DNA of 64,000 bases from Schizosaccharomyces osmophilus (GCF_027921745.1 NC_079238.1:1798001-1862000), one strand, 5' to 3'. Numbered from the stretch's first letter, positions 34,195-46,701 are shown. Program-made: numbers and translations. Notes: a model not told the origin generated them from the letters alone.

Positions 34195-35769
34195 TCAACA
34201 TTTCTTCCTTGAAGAGGAAGTCATTGGGGTCAGCATATCACGATAAAATTCCCATTCAGACAGTAATCCTTTTAGCTGAAATCCAAAGTGATCGTATTCT
34301 TTTAAGGCCCCTTCTTGGGACCCTACATTCGCATTTTCTTGTAAGTATAAACTAATATTTCCGTGCGTTTCAAGCATTGCGAAATGTAATCTTTGTAATT
34401 TCTTTTTAAGATTTTCCACGTCAAATGTTTTGTTACGGGAAGAATGATTAAGACGATCGTTTTCTGGAGTCACTCCACCACTTTCTGGCATAAAAGAGGA
34501 GAATGAAGACAGTTGTTCAGTAAAGTCACACAGTGTAGCAATTAAACTATCAATGTTATGACACAAAGTTGGCCATGATGTGCATTCTTGAGGAAACGTT
34601 TGCACAGAAAATGACAGTATACAACAAAGAATTTGTTTGAATACAACCGTTAACTCGGAGTAGCTTTTCACTAAAAACAGCAAGGATTCATTAGAATGAG
34701 AGTTATACTCAGTTGCCTCTTTCCGGAGACAATACAGAGAATTCCGCTGCAAGTTAGGGTTTACAATTTGTTTTAGCGAAAATGGGATTGAAGTATTGGT
34801 GAAACAGTTGGGCAGCTTGTAGAGGAGCAGGAGATCCCTCAAGTACGATGGAGCTGTAAATGGGTATAATCTTGATAGCAACTCTTGGTACGATGGTAGT
34901 AGCTTCCCAAATAGGTCAGAGACTTTTCGGGACATGAGCTCTTGATTTCTGCTGATTTGAAAACCCTGGTTATGCTGACCCAAATCATCAGAAGACCTGT
35001 CAACGTAATCTGGATGACCTAACTCACAGATCTGAGTGTAAACGCGATTGGAAACATCTTCGAACGATTGCAACGCATGGGTTAGACGGTATATACTATA
35101 CAAACCGTCGATGCGAGTGTAATATACCAAAAAATGACAAAAGATTATTACAATTGAGAAAATGAGGTAGCAATAAAAGCCAATTTTGAGGGGATTAAAA
35201 GACACGAAGTTGCAGAGTAATGAAACCACGCAATAGAAGCCCAAGCAATAGCCAGCATGTAAGAAAGATTGGTAAGTAAACATATACCAAAGCTTTTTAG
35301 AAGAGAAAGATGGTGGACTTGGGACTGGGATAGATGAGCTAAAAGTCAGATTTCCTTGACAATGTAATTTATGGTCTCCAACAAGCAAGTCTGAAGTATA
35401 GATTATGTACTGGATATTGTCGTAAAGAAGGGTTCTCTCTGTTTCGCACAGATTTGGTTGAAAAGATTCCTAACAAGTCGAAAATGTTAGCAGGTGAGTC
35501 CGCTGTAATGGAAGAATAGACAAGCATACCAAAACATAAGGCCAGGCATGGTTTACAAACAGATCAGAAGAAACACATCCAAGATAGTACAACTTGGAAA
35601 TTATTACTGACCAATAGCGCGAAATACCATTGTTACGGGTGTCTATGCCATAGGAGTGTTAGTTAATTCATGATTCATTCACTAAGAGTAAGCAAATAGA
35701 GATAACAATACCATCTGAAATATTTTCTATAAAAAATAAATTACTTAACGAGCGATGAATTCCTTTCAT
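34195..35769 (-). CDS. inp2: Vezatin/myosin-binding family protein (Inp2-like), 3 exons: 35769-35712, 35642-35530, 35469-34195; 481 aa
   Basis: Introns GTATTG..CTAAC..TAG and GTATGC..CTAAC..TAG give a continuous frame. NIQYIIYTSDLL motif, two TM segments, helical C-terminus; name mainly from synteny. Confidence 0.7.
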
Positions 35770-37254
35770 GCTAGCGGCAACTGTAACCGGATGCTCTCAA
35801 AGGATTCTTTTGTAGCAGGCAATAGTCTATAAAGACTTCGGATGTAAGGTTACTTTAAGCAAGAACTCATACATGAAATGATTATTTTAATAAAATCAAA
35901 AGACTTCCACCAAAGTTTGCATCAATTCGCGAGTATCTTTCATATTATGAGAAACGCGTGCGCGTGCAACTGTCTTTACATGTATACTCATAAAAAATCA
36001 CATTCCTCTGTAATATAATAATTATCCCACAAACGCGACAATCATATTACTGTTCAAATATGGTATAAGAAGCGAAGTCGATGTTTAACAATTAGATCCA
36101 TAAAATTAGATGAAGAAAGGCTCTTCCGAATGTACGGACTTCCTAGCTATCCTGTTCGTATTGGTTTTTACCTCAACGAGCCTTGAATCATCACCATCCT
36201 CCTGTCTCTTGTTTTCGTGAAACCACCAAGTTACCAACAAGCCTTAGAACGAGATTGACCGACGTTTCTGGGGAATCGTTTTGAGATACATAGAGAATTG
36301 TAGGCAACCTGCAAGTTTTAAGGAGACATAGGTGTGCTTATAGACGACGCCTCATCTTTCGTTTGCTCATAGACAAGTTTCAATGACATTTTCTAATTAT
36401 GAGTCCATTTGTATAATGGCTACGAGGCCTTATGATGCTTCCTCATTCATCTCTTAACTTTACCTTCTCGTTCGAGTTAAAAACTCAGAAAGTAACAATG
36501 CTACCTCGGTAAGATGTATGTACACAGCCTCACCTTACTTCAGTGTTTATATAGTAACCAACAGCATACTTGCTCAACTACTACCAACTTGTTTTGTCTG
36601 AATACAAGTGGAAAGTTAGTGACACTCAAAGGTTACTTATAGGTTCATGATTTGTTAAATTTATAAGAAATAAAGACAAACAAGGAAATATTTTCTAAGT
36701 ATCCATTATTAACGTCTATTTATGGGTATTTTATTTGTGCATTGATTCACGATCAGCTCTCGATATTTAAGCGTACGATAGCATCTAATCCTTGACTTTC
36801 TTTCTTTTTCTATTTCTCATTCTTTTCATCGCTCGTAATTTTTACTGGATATTTTTCTGCTTTACTTCTAATACCCAGACATATTTGTTAACATAGGTTT
36901 ATACTATCGAAGTAATTAATTCTCTGACATTTAAGGAGGATTCATTTGTACATTGTCTCATTGCTTTTTCGTTTTACTTTCTACGAAAACGCTTCCTTTT
37001 CCCATTCTCACTCTTTTATTTTACCCTTGATTTTTACCTTCATTTTATATTTGAATTCTCATATTTATATTTGCCTTATTTTTTGATATCTTGGAGGAAA
37101 GCATAGGACCTATTTTTCTCTTTTTCTGCTTTTCTGTTTAATTCATTCTACTTTATATTCGAAACTATAAAGTTGCCTTTATATTCTCCCTTTATTATTT
37201 TATTTTATTTTATTCTATTTTGATTTAGGCTTTTCTTAACTGGTGGTACTTATC

Positions 37255-38427
37255 ATGCTTCCCGTAACGCATCATTCTCAGCAAAGTTTCTCAAACGATG
37301 ACTTCTCCAGTCACTTGGAGAAAGGTTCAAACTATCCTCATGAATATGAACCAGAAAGTCGCAAGTTGAATACTGACGATGAACATTTTGATGAAATAAA
37401 GAAGCCTTGGTATCAGACTTACGAGAGAAAGATTCTGATTGGTATCATCGTCTTTATTTGTGTTCTTCTTATTATTATTTTGGGCAGTGTCCTTGGCCAT
37501 CGTACTCATGAAAGAAACCGCCACCCCTCGTACAAACAAGAGAACTACACAATGCTCAAGTCATACGAAGGTGAATCGTTTTTCGATAACTTTGATTTTT
37601 TCAGTGAAGCAGATCCTACTAAAGGGTTTGTTCAATACAAGACCCGTGAAGCCAGTGAACAAATGGGTTTAATTCATGCCAACAGTACCAACGTGATTAT
37701 GACTGCTGACAACAAGGAGAAAGCCCCTAATGGTCGTCCATCTGTTCGAATTTCAACTAAGGAGTATTTTAAAAACGTTTTGATTATCCTTGATGTCTTG
37801 CATGCACCTACTGGATGCGGTACTTGGCCCGCATTTTGGACAGTTGGTGATGATTGGCCTAAAAATGGTGAAATTGATATCATGGAAAATGTGAACTTGG
37901 CTCGAAAGGGTCAAGTTACATTACATACCGACGATGGTTGTGACATGACAGGCGTCAAGCAAGTAATGACTGGAAATACTTTGCAATCTAATTGTTATGT
38001 AAATGCTCCCGGAGCAAATAATGCTGGTTGTGGTGTGAAGGCTGCTGAGGATGGTTCATTTGGAGCCCCTTTTAATGCACAACAAGGTGGTGTTTACGCT
38101 CTTGACTGGCGCAGCGAGGGTATTCGCGCCTGGTTTTTCAATCGTACAAATATTCCTACAGACATTACAAACAAGCAACCTCAACCCGCTAATTGGGAAA
38201 CTCCTTTAGCTGACTTTCCCAACACAAAATGTAATATTGATAAACGATTTGGTAATCAGAAAATCGTTTTTGATCTTACATTCTGTGGTGATTGGGCTGG
38301 AGCTAGCTCGTCTTTAACAAATGCTGGATGTCCTTCTAGCTGCACTGATTTTGTTGCCAATAATCCCCAAAATCTTACAGAAGCATACTGGGATATTCGT
38401 AGTTTGAACGTCTTTAAAAGTCAATAA
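37255..38427 (+). CDS. Glycoside hydrolase family 16 glucanase/transglycosylase, type II membrane protein (SPBC21B10.07-like)
   Basis: ATG at 37255; one TM helix; GCGTWPAFW, catalytic GEIDIME, TFCGDWAG. Confidence 0.93.
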   Translation: MLPVTHHSQQSFSNDDFSSHLEKGSNYPHEYEPESRKLNTDDEHFDEIKKPWYQTYERKILIGIIVFICVLLIIILGSVLGHRTHERNRHPSYKQENYTMLKSYEGESFFDNFDFFSEADPTKGFVQYKTREASEQMGLIHANSTNVIMTADNKEKAPNGRPSVRISTKEYFKNVLIILDVLHAPTGCGTWPAFWTVGDDWPKNGEIDIMENVNLARKGQVTLHTDDGCDMTGVKQVMTGNTLQSNCYVNAPGANNAGCGVKAAEDGSFGAPFNAQQGGVYALDWRSEGIRAWFFNRTNIPTDITNKQPQPANWETPLADFPNTKCNIDKRFGNQKIVFDLTFCGDWAGASSSLTNAGCPSSCTDFVANNPQNLTEAYWDIRSLNVFKSQ

Positions 38428-38673
38428 TTATTGTTCAGACGGCTACAATCATAACCGTTATACAATGAAAGTTCAAAGTCATTCAAGATATGATTTCTAA
38501 GATGGATGGCAAGAACAAATTGGCTGTGAGTGTTGTTTACACTTGCCTTGAAGTTGGTTTTAATAACGTGTTAATTTTTATGTCATTGTACTAATAAGCA
38601 TCAAATATAAGGTACTTAATTTAGTAATACTTCATAAACGTTACAATAGTAATAGTATTGTTAGGAATATTCC

Positions 38674-39450
38674 TTAGTTATGTGTCAAAAATCCCACGCC
38701 AGCGTACTTCACATGCTGAACGGTAGCAGCAGCACCAGGAACTTGGGCAGGTTCGGGTTGCTTGCGGCCATTGGCATATCTAGTTACTGTAGCAAAGAGC
38801 AAAGAATCATCCAAAGAGTGAAGGATAATGCTGGTGTCAGCTTCTTGATCCACCGTAAGCTGCTCCTTTAATTCATCGGGATTACCAGAAGCTTGGTATT
38901 CAGTATAAACAAGGTAATCATCAAGAGATTCAGGAGCGCCGTTTTTGTTCAAAAAACCATCTACGACTTCGAAGTTCAGTAATTGGATAGGTTCAACCAT
39001 TGGTGACTGCTCTGAGCTGAGATAACCGGCAAACTTTAGAAAAGGTGGTGAAACCATATGCTTACTTTCCAAAGCGTCCTTGTTTTCATAAACTTCAATG
39101 CCCCAAACGGAATCTGGATTGGCGGCATCGTAGCCAAAGTAGTAGCATGAAGTAAAAGGTTCATTCTTAACAACATGTGTACTCACATCGTTCAGTAGAT
39201 CAAGAACCTATGGAGTAAGTAAAATTTGAACTCAAAGGATGGATCAAAGGCAAAAAAATTGGATTAACAAGTCCAAGCAGATGTCGGCTTTAAAATAGAA
39301 ATGAGAAGTTTCAATCCGTAAAAGCTTTACTTGTTTTATTCAACCGATCTAAACTGAATATCCTTGTGTAAGTTAACTTACCTTTTTTCCTTCGCCGGTT
39401 TTGAGAGGGGCTTTAGGAATAAGGACGTGTGTATTTGCAGGAAAGCTCAT
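38674..39450 (-). CDS. Antibiotic-biosynthesis-monooxygenase-like (ABM) protein (SPBC21B10.08c-like), 2 exons: 39450-39382, 39207-38674; 200 aa
   Basis: Exon 1 MSFPANTHVLIPKAPLKTGEGKK, 174-nt GTAAGT..TAG intron in phase 0. ABM-like pattern V..NEP.T..Y..E.Y.NK.AL..H...P.F. Confidence 0.8.
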
Positions 39451-40232
39451 ATTCACTTATTCACAACTTTTGATTTTGCAACTGTCAAATTTTAGAAGTC
39501 AAGCCAAACCCAACAAAGTCCATTTATATAGTATTGCAAGTCGCTACGATTTCGGATTTCATTACGTAATATAATTTTCAGAAAAGTCAGGATAGTTCCG
39601 TTCTGTGTACTAGCTCTGAAGAGAAAGTTTATTTTTTAATGCTGAATTTTTTAGTCGGCCGATAATAACAACTGCTGACTGAATGTAGAGATATCTTTTA
39701 CTTTTCCAAGTAGCTGAAATTCAGCAATTAACGATTCTAGTAAACAACTTTGGAACTGCTTTTATACCAAAATGCTGCTCTTTTCAAAGTTTCCGTAAAT
39801 GGGTAACAGAATTATAATTATTTATATCTAAATTCCTAATGTCCATGAGAAGAACAATGTTGAAATGAAGGGATGAGAGAGCATAAAAGTATTTCTACAT
39901 ACGAAAAACTAAAAAGTATTCAAAAGTCCATCTGAATGGAATCGAAAGCGAAATAGACATAAAAGCATTAGCAAGAGTCTACTAAAAATCTTTTGCATGA
40001 TGAACTGGTATCATATAATGCCGTACACGAAAGCGTACTGCGTTTCGCAATTTGGATGCTGGACTAGCGGTGTTTGCAAGTGAATTAAATGGGAACCATT
40101 CTGCGTTTTAGCATTGATTTATTGTGGAATGGAATTTTAAGATTGGTTTTGCTAAAAGATATCCATTATTTTTTCTTTACAAGTTCAAAGGAAACGTACT
40201 CTGCTTTTCCATCATTACGTTATTACAATTTC

Positions 40233-41957
40233 ATGCTGTCGAAACTGCATCAAAGAGCTGGTCGAAGTGCCATTGAATTAAAAGATTTAGAGAATGGTGC
40301 TGTGTCAAACACATTAAATCTGTCGACAGACGATATCCCCGATGATAGAGGTTCGTACGATGAAGTATATCCACCATTATCCTTTCAACAAAAGAAGAAT
40401 ATCGCCTTCTTGATATTATTGTGTATGCACTTGCTGTTGAGACATGGCTTAAACACTTCAAGTAACCATATTTGCTAACCAAAGCGTTAGACCTTATTCA
40501 AGGTGTCCCTATGGGATTGGTAAAAGGCAGCATTCCTTATTTCTTAAAACCGCATTGCACTTATTCAGATATTGCGACGTACTCATTGGCATCTTATCCA
40601 TATAGCTTAAAGGTGCTTTGGAGTCCCATAGTAGACACATACTACTTTTCCAAATTTGGTCGACGCAAGACATGGGTAGCACCTTGCACGTTTTTTCTAG
40701 CTTGCACCTTATTAGTCTTTTCCTACAATATAGATGTATGGATTGAAAGGGGCTCTTCTTACATCAAATCCTTCACGGTTTGGAGTTTCTTTTTGGTTTT
40801 CATTTGTGCGACTCAAGATATTGCAGTAGATGGTTGGTCATTAAATATGCTTGATGCTCATCAATTGAACTATGCTTCAACAGCCCAAACAGTTGGTTTG
40901 AATACAGGTTTTTTTCTTTCGTTTACGGTTTTGTTGGTTTTGACTTCCCCGGAGTTTGCAAATACTGTTTTGCGTATCAGCCCTTTAGATGAAGGATTAA
41001 TCACTTTGAGTGGATATATACGCTTTTGGGCTTTGATTACCCTCTTTTCAGTTGTTTTGGTTTTTGTTTGGGAGGAACAGAAACCTGAGCATGTAGCGAG
41101 CATGAAGGATACCTTTCGTTCAATTCGAGATATTATTTCATTGAGGAGTAAGTTCACAATAACCTTCGTAAAAATTAACATGTTCTAGATATGAAACAGC
41201 TTTTGGCGGTTCACCTTCTCAGTAAAGTTGGATTTGTCGCTAATGAGACTTTGACGCTCTTAAAAGCAACAGAGTTTGGCTTAAGTAAAGCAATGCTGTC
41301 TTTAATTATTCTAATCAATTTTCCCTTGGGATTAATATTGGGTGTATACATTGGGCATGTTAGCAACAGTCGGCCTCTCCACTTTTGGCTATGGGGTTAT
41401 TGGGGCCGAACAGCTTCTATTGTGCTTAACATGGCACTTGTATATACGGTCACTCATTTTTCAAAGAAGTTATCGTTGTTTCTTTCCATTCTTATATGCT
41501 ACACGCTCAACGCTTCTTTTATGACAATCCAATTTGTTTCGATTGGGGTGTTCCACAGCCAAATATCTGATCCTGCTATCGGAGGTACATATATGACGGT
41601 ATGAGAAGTCAGTATAGCAGCAAAAACTAATTCTGATTATAGATTCTCAATACACTAAGCAATTTAGGTGGGACATGGCCTCAATACATTATGCTAAAGT
41701 TAGCAGACTGGGTGACATATTCTTATTGTTCAACCGATCATAGCCTGCAATGCATCACGGATGATGTGAAAAATCAATGTGTGGCTTCAGGAGGTCAATG
41801 TATATATAAAACAGATGGCTACTACTTTACATCCATCCTCGGCATATTTCTTTCTATCCTTCTTTGTATAATCACAATCTTCCCGATTGTGCGTAAGCTT
41901 AATAAAGTACCGGCCTCATCTTGGCATATTCATGGCAAATATTCTTCAAATCAATAG
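40233..41957 (+). CDS. ER acetyl-CoA transporter (AT-1/SLC33A1 family), 4 exons: 40233-40422, 40491-41147, 41189-41598, 41643-41957; 523 aa
   Basis: YLIQGVPMGL, YPYSLKVLWSPIVD, ATQDIAVDGW, DPAIGGTYMT|ILNTLSNLGGTWP; three canonical introns restore the frame. Confidence 0.93.
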
Positions 41958-42103
41958 ATTTTAATGCTCTTTCTTTTGATTAAATATATTTATTTATTTT
42001 GTTTCGTTCGATTTTCAAAAATAGGTAATTGCTGTTTGCTAGTCGTAAGTTCATTTATTAGACGTAACCAATTCTCATTTATAAGGGTAATTGTTATGGG
42101 AAT

Positions 42104-42399
42104 TTAATAGACAGAAGCACCACCTGATTCAATAATACTCATTTCCAAGTCGCTAAGTGGCATACGGTGAAATCGAGGTGAAAGTTCGTTTCTATCGTTT
42201 GCAATGAAAACGTCTTGGCTTCCAAAGGAGTCATTGGAAGGTGCTCCAGCTTTGGAAAAGAAGCTAGATGGCAAAGCAAATGGAACGGCAGGATGGGGAC
42301 GTCGTTCAGCAGATGATTCTACTTGGTTAGTAAACCTTCATGCCGTACAAACATACTGGTCAAATGTTTGACAAACTGAATAAGCGCTTTTCTAGCCAT
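42104..42399 (-). CDS. 2-oxoglutarate dehydrogenase adaptor subunit Kgd4/Ymr31 (MRPS36 family), 2 exons: 42399-42357, 42318-42104; 85 aa
   Basis: MARKALIQFVKHLT|KSSAERRPHP...RNELSPRFHRMPLSDLEMSIIESGGASVY. 38-nt intron GTATGT..CTAAC..TAG. The C-terminal ELxxRF..P....E...I.SGGA is the family signature. Absent from the ORF track. Confidence 0.9.
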
Positions 42400-43187
42400 T
42401 TTGGTTTCAAAGTATCTTTAAAAACGAATTCTCAATTCTCAAGCAGAACTTATCCGCTCCTTCCGTTAATTATGGCTTTAGTTCCGTCCTGGCATATCTC
42501 TAAACTGCATACCAATCAATAGTATTTCATAATACGCACCCAAGTTCACTATTCTATATACGGTTTTCTACTGATGTTTTTAAATTATTTTACGCAATTT
42601 TGTTTTGATGCATTAATTGAATTTACGTATCTACGATACTGTTATTCTTTTTTTCACGGTCGAAGGGTTGGAAGTAATGGTGTTGTTATGGAATTATCAA
42701 CTTGAAAAATAATCAGAAAGGGTCTGTTTTGTAGGTGTTTTTTAAATACAAGACTTAATGCTTGTAATAAATAAAGAATAAAAGCTGAAAGCGAAATCCC
42801 TGCGAGGATTACCAAAAACGAATCGGTTGTATGTATGCATTGCTTAAAGAAATTTCATTATTTGAAACACCAATTTAGTAAAAACCGGTTTAAAGTATAT
42901 AAACATTTTTATGGAACTTTGTTTTCTTACCTACCTATAGTTGAATGCTAATGGCAAGCTCGTTGCGAAAACCTGCAACAAACTGGTTTGAAATACGAGA
43001 ACGGCTCATCACATATCTGTGTTAAATATTTTTTCTATGGTTTACCTAGATACCTATAATAATGCTAATTGCTATTTGTGAACTATAAATGACAGTTTGA
43101 AACTTCAAGGATTCATCAATATTATGCGATTATAAGCTTATCATTTTTTCTATTGTAATAACTACCAATCATTTCCTATCATGCTTT

Positions 43188-43219
43188 AGGGTAGGGTTTG
43201 TTTGTTGTGAGCAGTCACT
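43188..43219 (+). promoter_or_regulatory. Ribosomal-protein promoter: Homol-E and Homol-D boxes
   Basis: AGGGTAGGGT at 43188-43197 and CAGTCACT at 43212-43219 (one mismatch to CAGTCACA), 70-100 bp upstream of the rps4 ATG. Confidence 0.85.
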
Positions 43220-43289
43220 GTTTGGCGAATATTCACAAGAGACTAGGCGTTGCCCCCTTTGAATCTTCCTTGAACCAACTGAAACAAAA

Positions 43290-44078
43290 ATGGTAAGAGG
43301 CCCCAAAAAGCACCTGAAGCGTGTGGCCGCACCTCACCACTGGCTTTTAGACAAGCTCTCTGGTACTTACGCTCCCAAGCCTTCTGCTGGTCCTCATAAG
43401 GCTCGTGAGTGCCTTCCTTTAATCGTCTTCTTGCGCAACCGTCTCAAGTATGCCTTAAACGGTCGTGAGGTTAGAGCTATTCTCATGCAACGTTTGATCA
43501 AGGTCGACGGAAAGGTTCGTACTGACAACACTTTCCCTACTGGTTTCATGGATGTTATTAGCATTGAGAAGACTGGTGAACACTTCCGTCTTGTCTATGA
43601 TATTAAGGGACGTTTCACTGTTCACCGCATCACTGCTGAAGAAGCCAAGTACAAGCTTTGCAAGGTTAAGCGTGTCCAATTGGGTGCCAAGGGTATTCCT
43701 TTCATCGTCACTCATGACGGCCGTACCATTCGCTACCCTGATCCTTTGATCAAGGTCAACGATACCGTCAAGCTTAACTTGGAAACCAACAAGATTGAAG
43801 GATTCATCAAGTTTGATACTTCTGCCCAAGTCATGGTCACCGGTGGCCGTAACATGGGTCGTGTTGGTACCATCATTCACCGTGAACACCACCTTGGTTC
43901 CTTTGAAATCATCCACGTTAAGGATGCTTTGGACCGTGAGTTCGCTACTCGTCTCTCTAACGTCTTCGTTATTGGTGAGACCAACAAGAGCTGGATCTCT
44001 TTGCCTAAGGGCAAGGGTGTCAAGCTCAGCATTACTGAAGAGCGTGACCGCAGACGTGCTCTTAAGGGACTTGCCTAA
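43290..44078 (+). CDS. rps402: 40S ribosomal protein S4 (eS4)
   Basis: [25 protein letters not shown]..; 262 aa; strong codon bias. Paralog number from synteny. Confidence 0.97.
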   Translation: MVRGPKKHLKRVAAPHHWLLDKLSGTYAPKPSAGPHKARECLPLIVFLRNRLKYALNGREVRAILMQRLIKVDGKVRTDNTFPTGFMDVISIEKTGEHFRLVYDIKGRFTVHRITAEEAKYKLCKVKRVQLGAKGIPFIVTHDGRTIRYPDPLIKVNDTVKLNLETNKIEGFIKFDTSAQVMVTGGRNMGRVGTIIHREHHLGSFEIIHVKDALDREFATRLSNVFVIGETNKSWISLPKGKGVKLSITEERDRRRALKGLA

Positions 44079-44426
44079 AATTTTATATGTAGTATTGGTA
44101 ATAAAATTGACTTTACATAAAGCAGCTTTTATTAGCAATTTGTACGGAAAAACTCTCTATTTGCTTTTGTAGTGTATTTTTGCTGTATGGAAGAATACAT
44201 AATAGTAAATGTGCTCTGTTGATGATCAGGGTGTTTATTTATTAAAGTAGAATGTACTGCGGATTAAACTCTGCTTTAACCAACTTCAACTACTAAAAAA
44301 TAACCAAGCTAAGCTCAAGTATACATTACTGTTTTCTTCAAGCAGATACAAGTTATTATTTCATTTAATAAACTGTAGCAGAGACCTGGTTCATTTATGC
44401 CCAAAAGTTGATGTATACAATAGGAA

Positions 44427-44690
44427 ATGTTAATCTATTTGTTAACAGCTGCTTTTATTTATTACACTATATGGATTTTAATCATGGTAAATTAAAATGT
44501 TTATTTCTTTTAACTAATCATTGTAAATTAGCCTTTTGTTGACGGGATGAACCCAACTCACAAATTCTTCTTAGATCGTGAATGGGCAATTGTCGTACCA
44601 GTATCTTTGATGCTTTTTGGAATTTGCTTAGTTGGAACATTTATTTCATTAGTGATGATCAAATCTGAAAAAAACACTCGAAAGACGTAA
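44427..44690 (+). CDS. dpm2: Dolichol-phosphate mannose synthase subunit Dpm2, 2 exons: 44427-44486, 44532-44690; 72 aa
   Basis: MLIYLLTAAFIYYTIWILIM|PFVDGMNPTHKFFLDREWAIVVPV..GTFISLVMIKS; intron GTAAAT..CTAAT..TAG. Absent from the ORF track. Confidence 0.93.
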
Positions 44691-44694
44691 TGCT

Positions 44695-44710
44695 ACGCGT
44701 CGCGTCTCAC
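44695..44710 (+). promoter_or_regulatory. MCB (MBF-binding) module upstream of rec6
   Basis: ACGCGTCGCGTCTCAC about 70-85 bp upstream of the proposed rec6 ATG. Confidence 0.7.
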
Positions 44711-44780
44711 CTTAGAATTCCCCATTACCCTAAAAAGCTGAATTTGTACATTACCATTCTGATTGCATATTTATTATTCA

Positions 44781-45870
44781 ATGCATAGAATATATAGTTC
44801 CGATAAAGACTTTTTACTGGAATATAACTTTCAAGAAATCTGGAACTCTTTGGAGGAAGATATTGAGAGCCTCACTTCTTCTCCTTTTGAAGTACAAACT
44901 AACTTTTAATGTACTTTTGTTGACTAATCACTTGAAGTTTTTGGTTAGATTTCGCCATAATGGGAAGCCCATTGATCCGTTGATGTGTTATTCTTTGGGA
45001 AATGAAATAGCTGGTTTTTCTGTACGTTATATTTTTTGAAATCTTACTTACAAGTAGGTTTGGAAGAAGTTGGAATTCTCTGTGTTGTTAAATTCTGAGG
45101 TGAACGGGCATATTGTGAGATGTATGTATGTAAGCTTATACTCAGAATGCTTACTTGTTAGTCACTATTAATCCCCCAAAATTCTCTTTTAAGCCAGGTT
45201 CCGTTCGGGAGTTACTTATACTGGTAATGAACTGTGACCTTCGGCAAAGCCATGTTTCTGAGGTTGATTGCAATCTTAAGGTTGTAGCACATTTAATATA
45301 CCAGGCTTTACTACGGTACATTGTGAATGTCCTAAGTCACAAATGTCCTTTATCATTTCAACCAAATCTATATAAGGTATGCTGAGAGATCTTTTTGGTC
45401 AAGATACCTGTTAACGGTGATTATTGCTTTAGAAATTTTCAAACACCATGTACTACGCTGATAAATACTCCAATTCAATAAACAGAATCCTTAGCAGGGC
45501 TGGTACAAAAGAAAACTTGAATGAAAAGATAGTACATGACCTGATATGCCAAAAGACAAGGAATTGTTTACGAAAAAACATAAGGAAAAATGAATTATAC
45601 AGTGGGCTTTATGAATATGAAACAATGGTTAATGAAGTTATAAGGCAAAGCGAGGAGCATGAGATGGAAGAACCTAATATAGATGAAAGCTCAGCATTAA
45701 ACTCATCACCTCCATATACTATCTCATATCCTTCTTTGCCAACAGAAACCGCTTTTACTAGTAATGAGTCGAGCACAACTTTACAGGAAACTATATCTTC
45801 AGATACAATCCTATCGTCAGATAATTTTCTAAACGAAGTACTATCTTCTCATTCTAAAAGTGATATATAA
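44781..45870 (+). CDS. rec6: Meiotic DSB protein Rec6 (TopoVIB-like), 5 exons: 44781-44891, 44938-45021, 45058-45121, 45162-45376, 45433-45870; 303 aa
   Basis: Four short introns (donors GTACAA, GTACGT, GTATGT, GTATGC) give an uninterrupted 912-nt frame. Upstream MCB and position between dpm2 and yox1 fit rec6; name mainly from synteny. Confidence 0.72.
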
Positions 45871-45993
45871 ATTTTAGCTACTTAATTTTCCTCACGAGTA
45901 TATTAGCAAACGCGAAAATAGGTTATTACTAAGTCTTTTGTGACTTTTATTATAAACATTTAATATTTATCCATTAACGTTCAAATTAGAGCT

Positions 45994-46605
45994 TCATTGA
46001 TGCTGAGCATGATTATTTCTTTGTTGTAATTCAATTAAACTTTTGGCGCATTCTTCCAATTCCCTATGGGACGAATTATTATCTTCTTTCGGTGAAGGAG
46101 GTTGATTAACTTTGCTAGAGAGAAGTTTTCCGATGTTTTCTGACGTGTCGGTTTTTCTAGTTTGTTTTGCTGATTTGTTTTCCAAGTTGAGGTTATTATC
46201 GACAGTTTTCTTTAGAAAGAATAGTTCAGCTTCACCATTTTGACTTTCACAAAGAGTTATCATAGATTGTCTCCTTGGAGTTACACCTTCTAGCTCAATT
46301 TCTGAACGTGCACGGTGTAAGCTATTGTTTTTACGCAGTGATTGACGTTTGTTTTGAAACCAAATTTGCAATTCTCGTGGGGACATGCTAGAGTTTAGTT
46401 TTTTGCTGAGTTCTTGTCTTTCCAAAAGGTTTGGCTTAGGCGTTTTCAAAAAATATTGCTCCAAAATAGATGTCTCAGCGTCCGTAGTACGCCGTCTTCT
46501 TCGTTTGGCCCGTAGGTCTTCATCTTCCTGATCTCTAGCAAGATGATTATTTAGTTCAGAAGACTCACTTTTTTGTTTAGGAGTAGAGAATGTATCTTGA
46601 GACAT
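45994..46605 (-). CDS. yox1: Homeodomain MBF corepressor Yox1
   Basis: Homeobox AKRRRRRTT..ERQELSKKL..QIWFQNKRQ; C-terminal ECAKSLIEL. Confidence 0.93.
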   Translation of the reverse strand: MSQDTFSTPKQKSESSELNNHLARDQEDEDLRAKRRRRRTTDAETSILEQYFLKTPKPNLLERQELSKKLNSSMSPRELQIWFQNKRQSLRKNNSLHRARSEIELEGVTPRRQSMITLCESQNGEAELFFLKKTVDNNLNLENKSAKQTRKTDTSENIGKLLSSKVNQPPSPKEDNNSSHRELEECAKSLIELQQRNNHAQHQ

Positions 46606-46679
46606 TACTTTCTATAAGTATCCATTTGTAATTATATGGTTAAGGATAGGCTGTAGCCTTTTAGTTATACTACACGAAG

Positions 46680-46701
46680 CGCGCGACGCGTCGCGTCTCA
46701 C
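46680..46701 (-). promoter_or_regulatory. MCB cluster upstream of yox1
   Basis: CGCGCGACGCGTCGCGTCTCAC, containing ACGCGT at 46686-46691, about 80 bp upstream of the ATG. Confidence 0.8.

Noticed and set aside
39208..39381. Unusually long 174-nt intron as a possible snoRNA host
   Set aside because: No C/D boxes or convincing H/ACA structure seen.
43455..44138. 227-aa ORF antisense to rps4
   Set aside because: Codon-bias shadow of a ribosomal protein gene.
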